From Neoconidiobolus thromboides FSU 785 (taxonomy: Eukaryota; Fungi; Entomophthoromycota): a DNA stretch of 41,656 nucleotides. Below are positions 1 to 10,462 of the stretch, piece after piece (positions within the stretch are counted from its first letter, which is position 1; each line of letters starts with the position of its first letter). The position numbers were made by a program, and so were the translations under genes. The stretch is from contig MU626428.1 in the NCBI GenBank assembly GCA_025603075.1, positions 1 through 41,656 of the forward strand. The letters are read 5' to 3'. The notes beneath the pieces are model-generated. The model was given only the letters and a program-made list of their open reading frames with translations. It was not told the DNA's origin and searched no databases.

Positions 1-2
1 CA

Positions 3-56
3 AGGAAGGGAAATAACTACAATAATAGATATAATGACAATTATAACAACTACTAA
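3..56 (+). CDS. Possible 3' end of an upstream gene (Asn/Tyr-rich tail RKGNNYNNRYNDNYNNY*), truncated by the window edge
   Basis: Frame 3 is open from the edge to TAA at 54-56 and encodes an N/Y low-complexity tail. It would converge on the next gene. It is too short to identify, and other frames cannot be excluded. Confidence 0.3.
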   Translation, partial: RKGNNYNNRYNDNYNNY

Positions 57-199
57 ACTTCTTTCCTTACTAATTAACTATGATAATATAAAAACAAATA
101 AAATTATATCTAAATTTATTTTTTCAATAAAATCCATAACTTTTTGCTATAAAAAATTATTTTTTACTTAATGCTTTAACTTCTAACATCTATTAAACC

Positions 200-805
200 T
201 TATTTGGAGCCTTTATGAGTATCTATAACATCAAGTTGTTCATGACCTTGAGGTCCTTCAACTGGTATAGCAGTTCTTTGATTCTCATTTTTTACAGCTA
301 CTTTTGGAGGCTCTTGAGTTAGAGTATGAGTTTTATCAGTACTTCCAGTAGATTCCATGAAAGGCAAATGTAAATTATTAGTATAACCAGGTAGATTGAA
401 GGAACCGGTAATTGCATCCTTACAATGTAAAGAGTTAACGATTTCCCAATGGACATGTAATAACCCCTGTAAGTCACCTTTTTTTAATATTCTAAATGTA
501 TCACTGTTAACATCTAATCCTTTTCCGCCTTTATCTAAAGCCATAATAAAATGATAATTGGATGGGTCTGTTGTTGGATGGATTTTTAAACAGGTACCGC
601 ATTCATGGAGCTCTAAACCCTGAACTGCAGTAACCATTGATATATTATAATTACTTGCAGGGACTTCACAGTATACCGGATTGATATCTAATGCAGCACG
701 CTGTAATCTATATTCATGATAACTTACTTCTTGATTCCCAGATAGTAGACCACCAGCAAGGATGATTGATAAATTTAAATAGAGGAATAAAAAAATGGTC
801 AACAT
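200..805 (-). CDS. Secreted RlpA-like double-psi beta-barrel (expansin/loosenin/barwin-like) protein, ~201 aa, with a T/P/E-rich tail
   Basis: ORF 200..865. The second Met (ATG at 805) begins a signal-peptide-like MLTIFLFLYLNLSIILAG. The motifs ECGTCLKI and ALDKGGKGLDVNSDTF resemble the DPBB CGxCxxI and D..LDL..xF motifs. Confidence 0.7.
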   Translation of the reverse strand: MLTIFLFLYLNLSIILAGGLLSGNQEVSYHEYRLQRAALDINPVYCEVPASNYNISMVTAVQGLELHECGTCLKIHPTTDPSNYHFIMALDKGGKGLDVNSDTFRILKKGDLQGLLHVHWEIVNSLHCKDAITGSFNLPGYTNNLHLPFMESTGSTDKTHTLTQEPPKVAVKNENQRTAIPVEGPQGHEQLDVIDTHKGSK

Positions 806-3477
806 TTTAATTGTATTTTTATTTTTTTGTTTTATTAAAAAACTTGAAGCTCTTTTATATTTCATTTCAACCTCTTTCTAATATTTGTTGTTTTCATTAT
901 CTTTAACATCTTCAAACATTATTTAACATATTATTTACTTTATTTGATTTTAAACCAATTAAATTAAGTTTTTGAAATTATTTTGTTTATGAGATTTACC
1001 TTATTTTGTAAATAAACAATCTGAGCTATGAAACTGAATTTAAAAATGATTTTTTTAAAATATTTTTTCATCCAGCATAAATATGTCAAATAGGCACTTT
1101 ATGCTATACGTAAATTTAAAGCTCAATATATATTATTTATTACAATAATCTTCGCTTTTATTGTCATTTTCTATATATTTTACTTTAAACTATAGGATCA
1201 TTGCTTTGAATTGTTACTATTGAGGCAGGAGTCCGTAAGTTGGAGGCTATCCTAATACTTTATCATTCAAAGTTAATACTATTTAATATTTTTTTAAATT
1301 ACGTATCGTCTTTACTGCAAGTTAATTTATGAATTTATTTTCTAACCACCCACATCCTGGCTGAAGATTTTGGACTCAAATACCTAACCTCATCATTTAA
1401 TAAAACTCTATATTAGTTAATTAGAAAATCAATAGGTAAGTAAATAAAGTTTAGATGATAATTATAGAAGTAACTACATACTCTATAGTAGCTTATTGTT
1501 ATACTTGAGTCTTTTCAGTATATTTAAACCATTTGTATTTTAGAATTATTGATTTGAAATAAAAAAAACACTTATATACAAGCAATTCTAATAAAGCTGA
1601 TTTTAAATTAGTTAACATAATTTGATTTCGTAACGTTGTCATACAAAACCTTCCCATACTCAAAGCGATAGTTTGTATCCGAAATTAATTTATATTATTA
1701 CTCAGTTTAATATAGCAAGTCTCAGCGTTTATGCTATCAAATGAACCCTCCCAAGTTTAACTTTATTATTATTAACTCAACTTGATCACTTATTTAATTA
1801 GTTTTAAATTATATAATTGTATCGTAAGTTATTTGTTATTTAAAGCATTTATTATTTACTATTTGTAGAAATAGTCTTTATTAAAATAGTCTACTTATAA
1901 AACCGGATTTATGAATTTTAATTCTGCCTCAAAAAAAACCTCCTAAAAACTCAAACATGTAAACAAATTTAGAAATTAAACATCATATACTATACATTAA
2001 AATTAATATAAACATTCACTTAAAAATAGTTCAAGCAATCAATGTATTCAGTGAGCTTAACTATATACGAATAATATAAAGATTGATACAAAAACATTTC
2101 GTTTTTTTTTAGTATTTTTGTTCCTTTTTTTCGTTCATATCTTTTTGTAAGATTTAAACTGCCTACATTGTTAACATGCAATTAAAAAGTAAAATTCCGT
2201 CTTACTTAATCTTATGATTGGAGCATATGATTTTCTAAGAGCTTAATCATATTCCTTAATAGTTAAAGAATTCATTTAATCTTAAAAGCAAAATAAAATA
2301 TATAGTGATTTTTTAAGAGATATCCTATTAATTATATTACATTTTAAACTATCTAGATTTACTATAGTTATTGTTAAACTTGAATCGTGAATTAGTTTTT
2401 ATTTTTTCCGTATTTGTTTTTAATTTATTAATAAACTTTGTTTTAGTTAGAGCTTAAATTTAATAAGATTATTTGTGATGTCACTAGGTAATATAAACAA
2501 CCCATTTTCCCATAACCCCAATAAGTTTAGTTTCAAGAATTCAATCTTATTGCTATGACGTAAAACTAGTGATGGTATTGATACGAATGATAAGATTCTT
2601 TTATATTTACGTTTGTATCTATATATTTATATTATTAATATGATATACAAAATGCTTGGTTTAATAATAAAAGCTGAGGATATATTCTACCGCAATCGTC
2701 ATAAAATTTTTCAATTTATTTATATCAGAGTACTTGCTGAGCTTTTTATAAATATATAGGCTTAATAAACTTTTAAGCCTTGAAGCTTAGATTTGAACAT
2801 CTATAAAATAAATGACCTCATCACCTTTCTCTCACTTGCTTTAATTAGTATCTTAAACAGGAACATTTGCTTCGAATCCGTCATGTGCTTAACAGTTGGA
2901 ATTAATCGACAAATTCATTTAATAACTAACCAATTGATTTCGTAGTATATTAATATTGCCTACCTCATCACTTTATGTAAAGGAACAAGTTATTCCAAAA
3001 TTTTATGTAAAATTTTTAGCTGTTTCTATATTAAGTAGATTTGGCATAACAATCATTAATTTGGAAGCCAAATATTACTTCATAAACTGTTCAAGGTTAC
3101 TCATGCTGGAATGTGGTTCGACCCTTAAGCCAATAAAATACTATCTATATGGTAATATTATGATTAGCAGTAATCTATTTGCTAATTTTCGATGAATAAC
3201 AGAAGAACAGGTGGGGTGAATAAAAGTCCGTATTAACAAATCAATATAAATATATAGAATTAAAGTACATGCCATTAGACGCAATTTTATTAGAATTGAC
3301 AAATAAAAAGTGGTGCTAGCTATATTACTTTCTCCACAAGATTCTAGTTAGAGTGAAATATAAATGGAACATGATCTGACACTTTTTTAATTTTTAATAC
3401 TATTACATCTATCATTAGTTAGATTATCACTTTTTGGATCATCATATCCTTTCTACATCTTAATCTTTTAAAAACTA

Positions 3478-3969
3478 ATGGTTTATACATCTAACCCATT
3501 TAATTATCAACATTCTACTATGAGCCAATCCAGTGACAAAAGAGAGCATCCCCTTCGTAACGAAATTCATTATGAAAACAAAGGGGCCTATCCATTAACC
3601 CGTGGCGACTCTATGGCTTCTGATAATAGCTCAAATCAAGATTCATATCAAGGTGGTCAAAACGAAGACTATGATGCTGAAGGCCCTTTAGGATACGAGA
3701 ATAATAAGGGCGTTAAAAAACGCCACGTAACCAACCTTGCTCCAGAAGAAAAACGTCAACGTCGACTTATGCGTAATCGAGTAGCTGCAAAAGAATGTCG
3801 TAGAAAGAAGAAACTCTATGTCGAAGAATTAGAGCGCAAAGCTGAGATGCTAGAAATACAAAACCAAAGACTTAATTTTGAACTTAAGGAACTCAATGCT
3901 AAACTTACCTTAGGTCTCATGAGATATCAAGTTATTCATGGAGTTAAACTTCCAAGGAACATAGCTTAA
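3478..3969 (+). CDS. bZIP transcription factor, CREB/ATF-like basic region, 163 aa
   Basis: KRQRRLMRNRVAAKECRRKKKLYVEELE basic region (N-x7-R with AAKECR) followed by a leucine heptad repeat; single exon. Confidence 0.92.
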   Translation: MVYTSNPFNYQHSTMSQSSDKREHPLRNEIHYENKGAYPLTRGDSMASDNSSNQDSYQGGQNEDYDAEGPLGYENNKGVKKRHVTNLAPEEKRQRRLMRNRVAAKECRRKKKLYVEELERKAEMLEIQNQRLNFELKELNAKLTLGLMRYQVIHGVKLPRNIA

Positions 3970-5202
3970 GCTATATAGACTAATACTAATTTATGCCTCG
4001 TTTTGTATCTATGCACCCTAATTATTCCCCTAATATTATAGAACTTGAATATTTAACTTTAATAAATAAAGCCTAGCGGCATTTTATATTAACTTATTAA
4101 TATTATTATATTTGTTATTTGATTAAACGTTTGATTAAATTGATTATTAAATAAATTTAGGATAAATATTTCAAAGCAGTTACATTTCGTGGAAATTTAA
4201 CTCTATTTTGACATAATTATAATGTTTTATGTAAAAATGTGTTTATTTTATCAAAAAATTAAGAATGACATTAGTTATAATATCCAAGTAGTAGTAAAAG
4301 ATCATTTTTATCTAATAAAATATTTTAGCCTCTATTATTAATATTAAATGAATTTAATATTATAAACCTTTACATTTATCATTTGTGTTATTACTATCAT
4401 CATCTTTATAATCTCAATATTAACTCACTCTCAATCATTTACGTTAATGATTGAACTAGTCTAAATACGATGTAACATTATTAATTTAACTAATAGCATG
4501 AAATTTAATTTATTTGAAAATTCTTGAATTGAATGAACAAGTCAATTCATTATAAAAGAGGAATTCAAATAAGCCGAGCTATTAAAAAACCCTTACAACT
4601 TCTATTATTGAAACTGACCCGTGTAGTAACTCAAGAGGGTTTTATTGATATTTACAAAGGAGATAGTATATTTATTACCACTATATGGAAATTACAATAT
4701 AAATAAATTTGTGGCATATTACTAATTATATTAGAATATTTTCCAAACTTCTTTGTTTATATTAGTAGTGTGATTTTTAACTCAAAATTTCTCTCTGAAA
4801 AAAAGGGGTAACAATTACAGAGTAAACCTGACGTATCTATTGACTATACTTGGACAACTTGGCAGAAAAAATTATAATAGCTTTTTAAATTTTTATAAAA
4901 AACAAAATGAGATGTATTAGGTATTTCCAAAAATAATTGCAAATGAACTATCAGGTACAGTAAAAAACTCAATAGACTTAATTTTCAATAATCAAGTTTA
5001 ATTGATCTTATAAAAAATCTAATTTATTAAATCAATAGCAAATACAAATTGTAATTTTTAATTTTAATTTTAATTTAAGAGTGATTATTTATTACAATCG
5101 ATATAATTAATAAACAGTATATTTTTCATTATATAAATCTTAAAAAAAGGCCATTTACTAGAGATGTTAAAAAATCAGAAAAGTTTATAATAAAGCAATA
5201 TT

Positions 5203-5300
5203 GAGGATGTATTTTTTTGTTTAAGAATTTTATTAAGAATTTTTCCACTTAAATAGCGCTTAAAAAATGGAAAAAATAATGAAATTAAAAAAACACTCCC
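5203..5300 (+). mobile_element. MITE copy 1 (~98 bp family)
   Basis: GAGGATGTATTTTTTTG...TTTTTCCACTTAAATAGCGCTTAAAAAATGGAAAAA...AAAAAAACACTCCC. Flanks TATT/ATTA do not match as a 4-mer. Confidence 0.85.
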
Positions 5301-5526
5301 ATTAATAATTATAGTTAAAACTTTAATTCATATAGAATTATAAAAAACTCATAGCTTTTATTTGATTTAAATTTTTTAAGTAAACGTTTGAAAATTATAA
5401 AAAAACAAAACTGTTTTTATACAAAATAATTGTAGATAATAATAAAAACTAGTATTAACATAATTTGAAATTAGTTTTTATTGAAAAAGGTGTTGTTAGA
5501 TATTTAATAAAATAAAAATAGCATTA

Positions 5527-5626
5527 GGAGGTGTTTTTTTTTGGCTTCATTACTTTTTCCATCTTTTAAGCACTATTTGAGCAGAAAGATTGTTAGTAAA
5601 TTTCTTAAACACAAAAATTTATCCCC
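5527..5626 (-). mobile_element. MITE copy 2
   Basis: Reverse-orientation match to the family, flanked by the non-palindromic direct repeat ATTA (5523-5526 and 5627-5630). Confidence 0.88.
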
Positions 5627-5997
5627 ATTATATATTAAAAAGTATTTATTTAGAGATTTATATAGTTTAAGAAGCAGTAGATTTAATAATAATAATAAAA
5701 TAGCTGATTCAAAAAAACAATCAGCCATATTATTTTTATAAAAGCAGTATTTATAGTTTAATAAAATAGTAATAAAAAGTCATAAATAATAATGAAAAAT
5801 ATAATAAGATAATTTGTTTTTATTAAAAAGCCTTGTAAACTACTTGGACTTAATAAACATTTTTTTGCTTAAAATTTTTCAAATTGTTCAAAAATAAGCT
5901 ATAAAAATGAAAATTGTACAAATTACACTACAATATGCTCAAATTCGATCTTTTTAGTAGTTTAAAATGGGCAATTAAGCATTTATTTTGAGATTAG

Positions 5998-6092
5998 ACA
6001 AATGTATTTGTATTTAAGAATTTTACTAACAATTTTTCCACTCAAATAGTGTTTAAAAGATGGAGAAAGTAATGAGGCCAAAAAACATTCCC
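5998..6092 (+). mobile_element. MITE copy 3 (left TIR decayed)
   Basis: AATTTTACTAACAATTTTTCCACTCAAATAGTGTTTAAAAGATGGAGAAAGTAATGAGGCCAAAAAACATTCCC; flanks TTAG/ATAG (3/4 match). Confidence 0.82.
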
Positions 6093-6236
6093 ATAGATTA
6101 TTTAAAAAGCTAACTCCTAAAAGTCAGACAAAATGGCTCTTATAACTACTGTAACTTAATGTTTCTTTACTACTAATAGATTATAACTTTAATGATACAA
6201 GTGCCTTTTTTAAAGATTTGGCTAATAGATTAATCT

Positions 6237-6358
6237 GATTTGAAGGGGTGAATCAGTGCGAGTACCTAAACCGTTTGTCCAACTACTAACAATTAAGAAA
6301 AAATGCTACCAATCGGGTAAATGGTTTAGGTACTCGCACTAGTTTATGCCTTCAAATC
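6237..6358 (+). repeat. Long imperfect inverted repeat / candidate pre-miRNA-like hairpin (44-bp stem, 34-nt loop)
   Basis: 6237-6280 pairs with 6315-6358: 36 Watson-Crick pairs, 6 G.U pairs and 2 mismatches. It includes a perfect 18-bp core AGTGCGAGTACCTAAACC (6255-6272) / GGTTTAGGTACTCGCACT (6323-6340). The inverted repeat is certain; RNA function is not. Confidence 0.9.
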
Positions 6359-6500
6359 CGTATTGCCTTATTTTAACCTTGCATAAAAAGTCGACAAAAT
6401 AAAGAGATAAAAGGGATACATTAATATATCTAAGCAGCTATCTTTTAGATAGTGGGACCAAATGTCCAGTCTAAACCACAGCTTGAGGTGTAGGCAACTG

Positions 6501-6548
6501 TTTCATATTAATAATATAGTAAGCCTTACATTTCATATTAATAATATA
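6501..6548. repeat. 18-bp perfect direct repeat, period 30 (TTTCATATTAATAATATA x2)
   Basis: Copies at 6501-6518 and 6531-6548, about 220-270 bp upstream of the GST ATG. Confidence 0.75.
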
Positions 6549-6767
6549 ACAAGAATTTATCTATACTTTATATTAATAATACAAAAAAGCATTATTTTTG
6601 TTTCTATTAATAGTATAATTAAAAAGTTTAATAGGCTTATAAAGTCTATCCTACTTTATATCTTTGATTGACCTACGTCAACTAACGGTTGTATAAGTAT
6701 AAATAGTAACTAAAATAGTCATTTCAATATAATTATAACTCTAAATACAACTATAACTGTTAGTCAA

Positions 6768-7487
6768 ATGGGATCGATTGGTGTAAGTTGAATACTATTT
6801 CACTTATTTTATTTTATTTACTCTATTTGATAGCGTTTATATGGTGCTCTAAACAATTCTCGAGTAAACAAATCTTTAGTAACTGCCAAAGTTAGTGGGG
6901 TTGAAATCGACTTTGACCCTAGCTTTCAATTTGGCGTAGATAATAAAACGCCCGAATACATTGCTAAATTTCCTTTAGGTCAAACGCCGGCCTTTGAAGG
7001 GAAAGATGGTACTTTATTAACTGAATCTGCTGCTGTTGCATTACATATTGCTTCCCAAAAGCAAAATAACCCGCTTTTAGGTAAGGATGTTAATGAACAC
7101 TCTAAAATTTTTCAATACATTTTCTTTGGTGAAACTTCTGTATTTCCTGCTTTCCTTCCGATCTTACTACCTCATATTGGGTTTGCTCCATATGATGAAA
7201 AAGCAGAAGCTCATCATTATCAGAATCTTGATCAACCATTAAGTTATCTCGATAAGGAATTGAAAGGAAAGCAATACTTGGTTGGAAATCATCTTACATT
7301 GGCAGATATCAACCTTTATTTTTGTTTGGATACTTTATATTCTGGCTTTTTTAGCTGTCAAGATCGTAATAGATATCAAAATTTGAGCAAGTACATTGAT
7401 TATATTGGTAATTTACCAGAAATTAGGGAAGTTACTAGTGGGATTTCATATGCCGAAGCTCGTCCTAAATATACTTTAAAGGTTTAG
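6768..7487 (+). CDS. Glutathione S-transferase of the eEF1B-gamma N-terminal class, without the eEF1G C-terminal domain; 222 aa
   Basis: join(6768..6782,6834..7487) with a 51-nt GTAAGT...TAG intron. The protein MGSIGRLYG...NKTPEYIAKFPLGQTPAFEGKDGTLLTESAAVALHIA...YLVGNHLTLADI matches the eEF1B-gamma/GST thioredoxin-fold and helical-domain motifs. The ORF track shows only the last 75 aa. Confidence 0.88.
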
Positions 7488-7581
7488 TAAGGGTTTATAA
7501 CAAATAAATTCAACCTTTATTTATATCTGAATTTTTGTTTATATACAATCATTACTTATCATAGGATTTCCAATAGTATTT

Positions 7582-7683
7582 GGTGGTGATGTTTTTTTTG
7601 GCTTCATCATTTTTTCCATCTTTTAAGCTCTATTTGAGTGGAAAAATTGTTAGTAAAATTCTTAAACACAGAAATACATCCCC
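7582..7683 (-). mobile_element. MITE copy 4
   Basis: Reverse-orientation family match, flanked by the non-palindromic direct repeat ATTT (7578-7581 and 7684-7687) if a 3-nt GGT slippage in the TIR is allowed. It starts ~95 bp after the GST stop. Confidence 0.88.
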
Positions 7684-9166
7684 ATTTATTAAAAAATATA
7701 AAGTGTTTATATATATATATTTAAATTCTATTTAAAATTATTACATAAGGCTTCCTCATAAGTAACGTTGACTTTTTTGATGAGAAATTAATGGTGAAGG
7801 TATATAATCTGAATATCAGAGTATTTTTTACTTTTAAATCATTTTTGCTATTGCAAATAGCAACTTAGCCAAAAAACCAGCATTGCTTATAAGAAGCCCT
7901 TATAGTTTGAATGTAGTGTTTTTCATTGAAGTACCTAACTAGGAAATATTTCAATCTAAAAACGTAAAAAATGGAAAGGCACTGGGAAGGGAAAGACATT
8001 CCCACATTTTTAAGCCTTAAGGTTGGAATTTTATTAAATACAAACTATAGCTTCATTTAATATTACTTGGTATTTAAAAAACCAAAGAAAGCTTATGACC
8101 AGTTTACATGGAAACTTGTTTATAAACGACAGATGAATTAAATCACTCAATGTGCAATTTGAATTATGGAGATTTTATGGAGTTTAGGTAAAATGTAGAC
8201 AGAATAACAAGAAAAACTACTTGTAGAAATAGCTCTGTATAATTTATTCACATAAGATAAATTCTTTATTGAAATAAGTGTGAAGAGAGCTAATGTAAAA
8301 TAATAATTTTTTGGCTATTACTTCTCTTTATATGTATTATAATTATCAATATAAATTAGAGTAAAATAGAACCAGTTTTAGGCTAATTATAATATTTTTA
8401 TTATGATTTTTTTAAATGGTTTGAAATTAAGTATCAAATATTTTTAAAGCACATGTTTAACAAGAGTGTTCATGATATTAAACAGTACTTTTAAAATTTT
8501 TGACTAAAAGTTTAAAATCGATGGAAAATCGAAATGTAAAATCATAGAATTACACATAACTCCTATTAACTATGTTTTTGTATTATTTTTCAAATAATAC
8601 ATATTAAAATTGGCCTATTTAATAAATAAAATAGTTTTAGCCACCTTACAAAACTTACACTTTTTCAATTTTGCTATAGCATTAAATCAATACTAACTAT
8701 CTGATTTAACTCTATATATTAATTTTAAGCCTCCAAAATCGAATATTAGATAATTAAATCTCGATGCTCACTTTGTTCGATTTTAACAAAAAGACCATTA
8801 TAAAAGCAATGCTTTATTTTTTGCATCATTGATTGAGGATGTTACCTAAAAAAGAAATTTCCAGGCAAATAGTTTGTGCTCGATTATCAAATTGGATCAC
8901 TTTTTTATCGTTTTAAAATTGGTCCTATTTTCAAGGGAAGTTTTAGTTAATGTTAGAAATAAAAAGGTAAAAATAAACTTTAAGATAGGAATCGATCTAT
9001 TAAATAAGCATTATCGATTTGGAGTATTAATATTCATTAGAGAATAAACTTAAAATTTAAAAGCATATAAATAGGCTGACTTTATCTTTTATTTAATTTT
9101 TTAATTTGTTTATTTTAATTTCCATTCTAAGTGTACCCAAAGTTTATTTAATATATATTATACTCC

Positions 9167-10462
9167 ATGTCAATTATTACTCGTTCAAAAGCAAGACAAA
9201 TAAGATCCGATCATGTCTATTATCAATCACTATGCTCTCTTATCGAGCAAACCTTTTTATGTCAAAAATGCTCAACCCTTTTAACAAACCCAATAACGCT
9301 TAATTGTGGTCATTCAATATGTACATCTTGTGTTTCTAATACCGAAACTAAACTAATAAAATGCCCTGCCTCAGATTGTTCAATAGAAACCAGTATTAAA
9401 GATATATCATTAGATGTTATTTTGTCCAAACTTATTGACTTATTTAAACAGTGGAAGCAAGAATTCACATTACATTCTCAACAGATGCATTTAACAAACA
9501 TTAATGAATTAATGTTACCAGAGTTAGAATGCCAACTATGTTTTAATTTATTACTGAATCCTACTACTTCAAGTTGTGGACACACTTTATGTAAACAATG
9601 TTTTGTTAGAAGCTTAGATTACAATGACAGCTGTCCAGTATGTAGGAAAAAATTACCAAGTTATACTAACCTACTAAATCATTCAATAAATCATTCAATC
9701 CAAACTTTAACTGAAAAATTATATCCGGAAATAGTAGCCCAAAGAAAACTTTCACTTAAAGAAGAATTACAAAACTTAGTTGAAGAAACACCTTTATTTA
9801 TATGCAGTTTAGTGTTTCCAAAGATGCCTTGCTATTTACATATATTTGAACCAAGGTATAGACTAATGATCCGAAGATGTATGGAATCTTCTAGGCAAAG
9901 ATTTGGAATCGTGCTACATGTTAATAGAGCAGTCGGATTTCATGAATACGGAACAATGTTAGAAGCAAGAAACATTGAAGTCTTACCAGATGGTAGATAT
10001 TTATTAGATGCAGTAGGTAGTTTTCGATTTCGAATCATTGAAAGAGGGGTAAGAGATGGGTATAATGTTGGTAAAATCGAAAGGATAGATGACGAAGATG
10101 AAATTGAGGATATTGAACAGCAAATGGAATCCCCAGATCAATGTCAATCAGATATCTCGGAAGAGGATCCTTCAAAAATGAGTATCTCAGAATTGCAACA
10201 AGAGTGTACTCGATTCGTTGAAGCGTTGAAAAGTGGTTCTGCTCCTTGGCTTTTCCAAAGATTGAATGCCACTGTTGGTCCTATGCCATCAGATCCTTCT
10301 GATTTTACTTTTTGGATAGCTTCTATAATTCCCCTCGATGAGCAAGAAAAATATGAAATATTACCTATTACATCAGTCAAAAAACGATTTATTATTGTGC
10401 TCAAATGGATACGCCGTTTAAGTGAACAATGGTGGTTTGATCGTATGTGCACTATGATGTAG
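9167..10462 (+). CDS. LON peptidase N-terminal (substrate-binding) domain and double RING-finger protein (LONRF family E3 ligase), 431 aa
   Basis: Two C3HC4 RINGs (CQKC...CGHSICTSC...CP and CQLC...CGHTLCKQC...CPVCR) followed by PLFICSLVFPKMPCYLHIFEPRYRLMIRRCM, the LON_substr_bdg signature. Confidence 0.93.
   Translation: MSIITRSKARQIRSDHVYYQSLCSLIEQTFLCQKCSTLLTNPITLNCGHSICTSCVSNTETKLIKCPASDCSIETSIKDISLDVILSKLIDLFKQWKQEFTLHSQQMHLTNINELMLPELECQLCFNLLLNPTTSSCGHTLCKQCFVRSLDYNDSCPVCRKKLPSYTNLLNHSINHSIQTLTEKLYPEIVAQRKLSLKEELQNLVEETPLFICSLVFPKMPCYLHIFEPRYRLMIRRCMESSRQRFGIVLHVNRAVGFHEYGTMLEARNIEVLPDGRYLLDAVGSFRFRIIERGVRDGYNVGKIERIDDEDEIEDIEQQMESPDQCQSDISEEDPSKMSISELQQECTRFVEALKSGSAPWLFQRLNATVGPMPSDPSDFTFWIASIIPLDEQEKYEILPITSVKKRFIIVLKWIRRLSEQWWFDRMCTMM

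Noticed and set aside
1190-1780. Minus-strand intron-like segments (GTATGT...ACTAATATAG; GTAATT...TATTAAC...AAG) suggesting a decayed spliced gene
   Set aside because: Every splicing attempt left in-frame stops, and no protein family was recognised.
3105-3135. GTGGTTCGACCC and GCTTCGAATCC (2869) resembling tRNA T-loop/B-box
   Set aside because: No T-stem, acceptor stem or D-arm can be formed.
2956-3195. 79-aa ORF and a stop-riddled minus-strand frame (…KGDEVIYFID…) in a less AT-rich patch
   Set aside because: It has a TTG start, no recognisable motif and many stops in all frames. A decayed gene cannot be supported without a search.
5541-5741. 66-aa ORF similar to the 71-aa ORF at 34815..35030 (LASLxFPSF...YLSxKIVSK)
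   Set aside because: Both read through the minus strand of the MITE, so the similarity comes from the repeat and not from a gene family. The ORFs at 11053..11235 and 11997..12200 also start inside MITE copies.
5998-7683. MITE copies 3(+) and 4(-) bracketing the hairpin and GST gene as a possible composite (Pack-type) transposon
   Set aside because: The outer flanks (TTAG vs ATTT) do not match, and each copy has its own flanking duplication, which indicates independent insertions.
8832-8880. GAGGATGT...TTTCCAGGCAAATAG, and ATTTTTTTGCTTAAAATTTT at ~5859, resembling MITE fragments
   Set aside because: Too short and diverged in AT-rich DNA to count as copies by eye.
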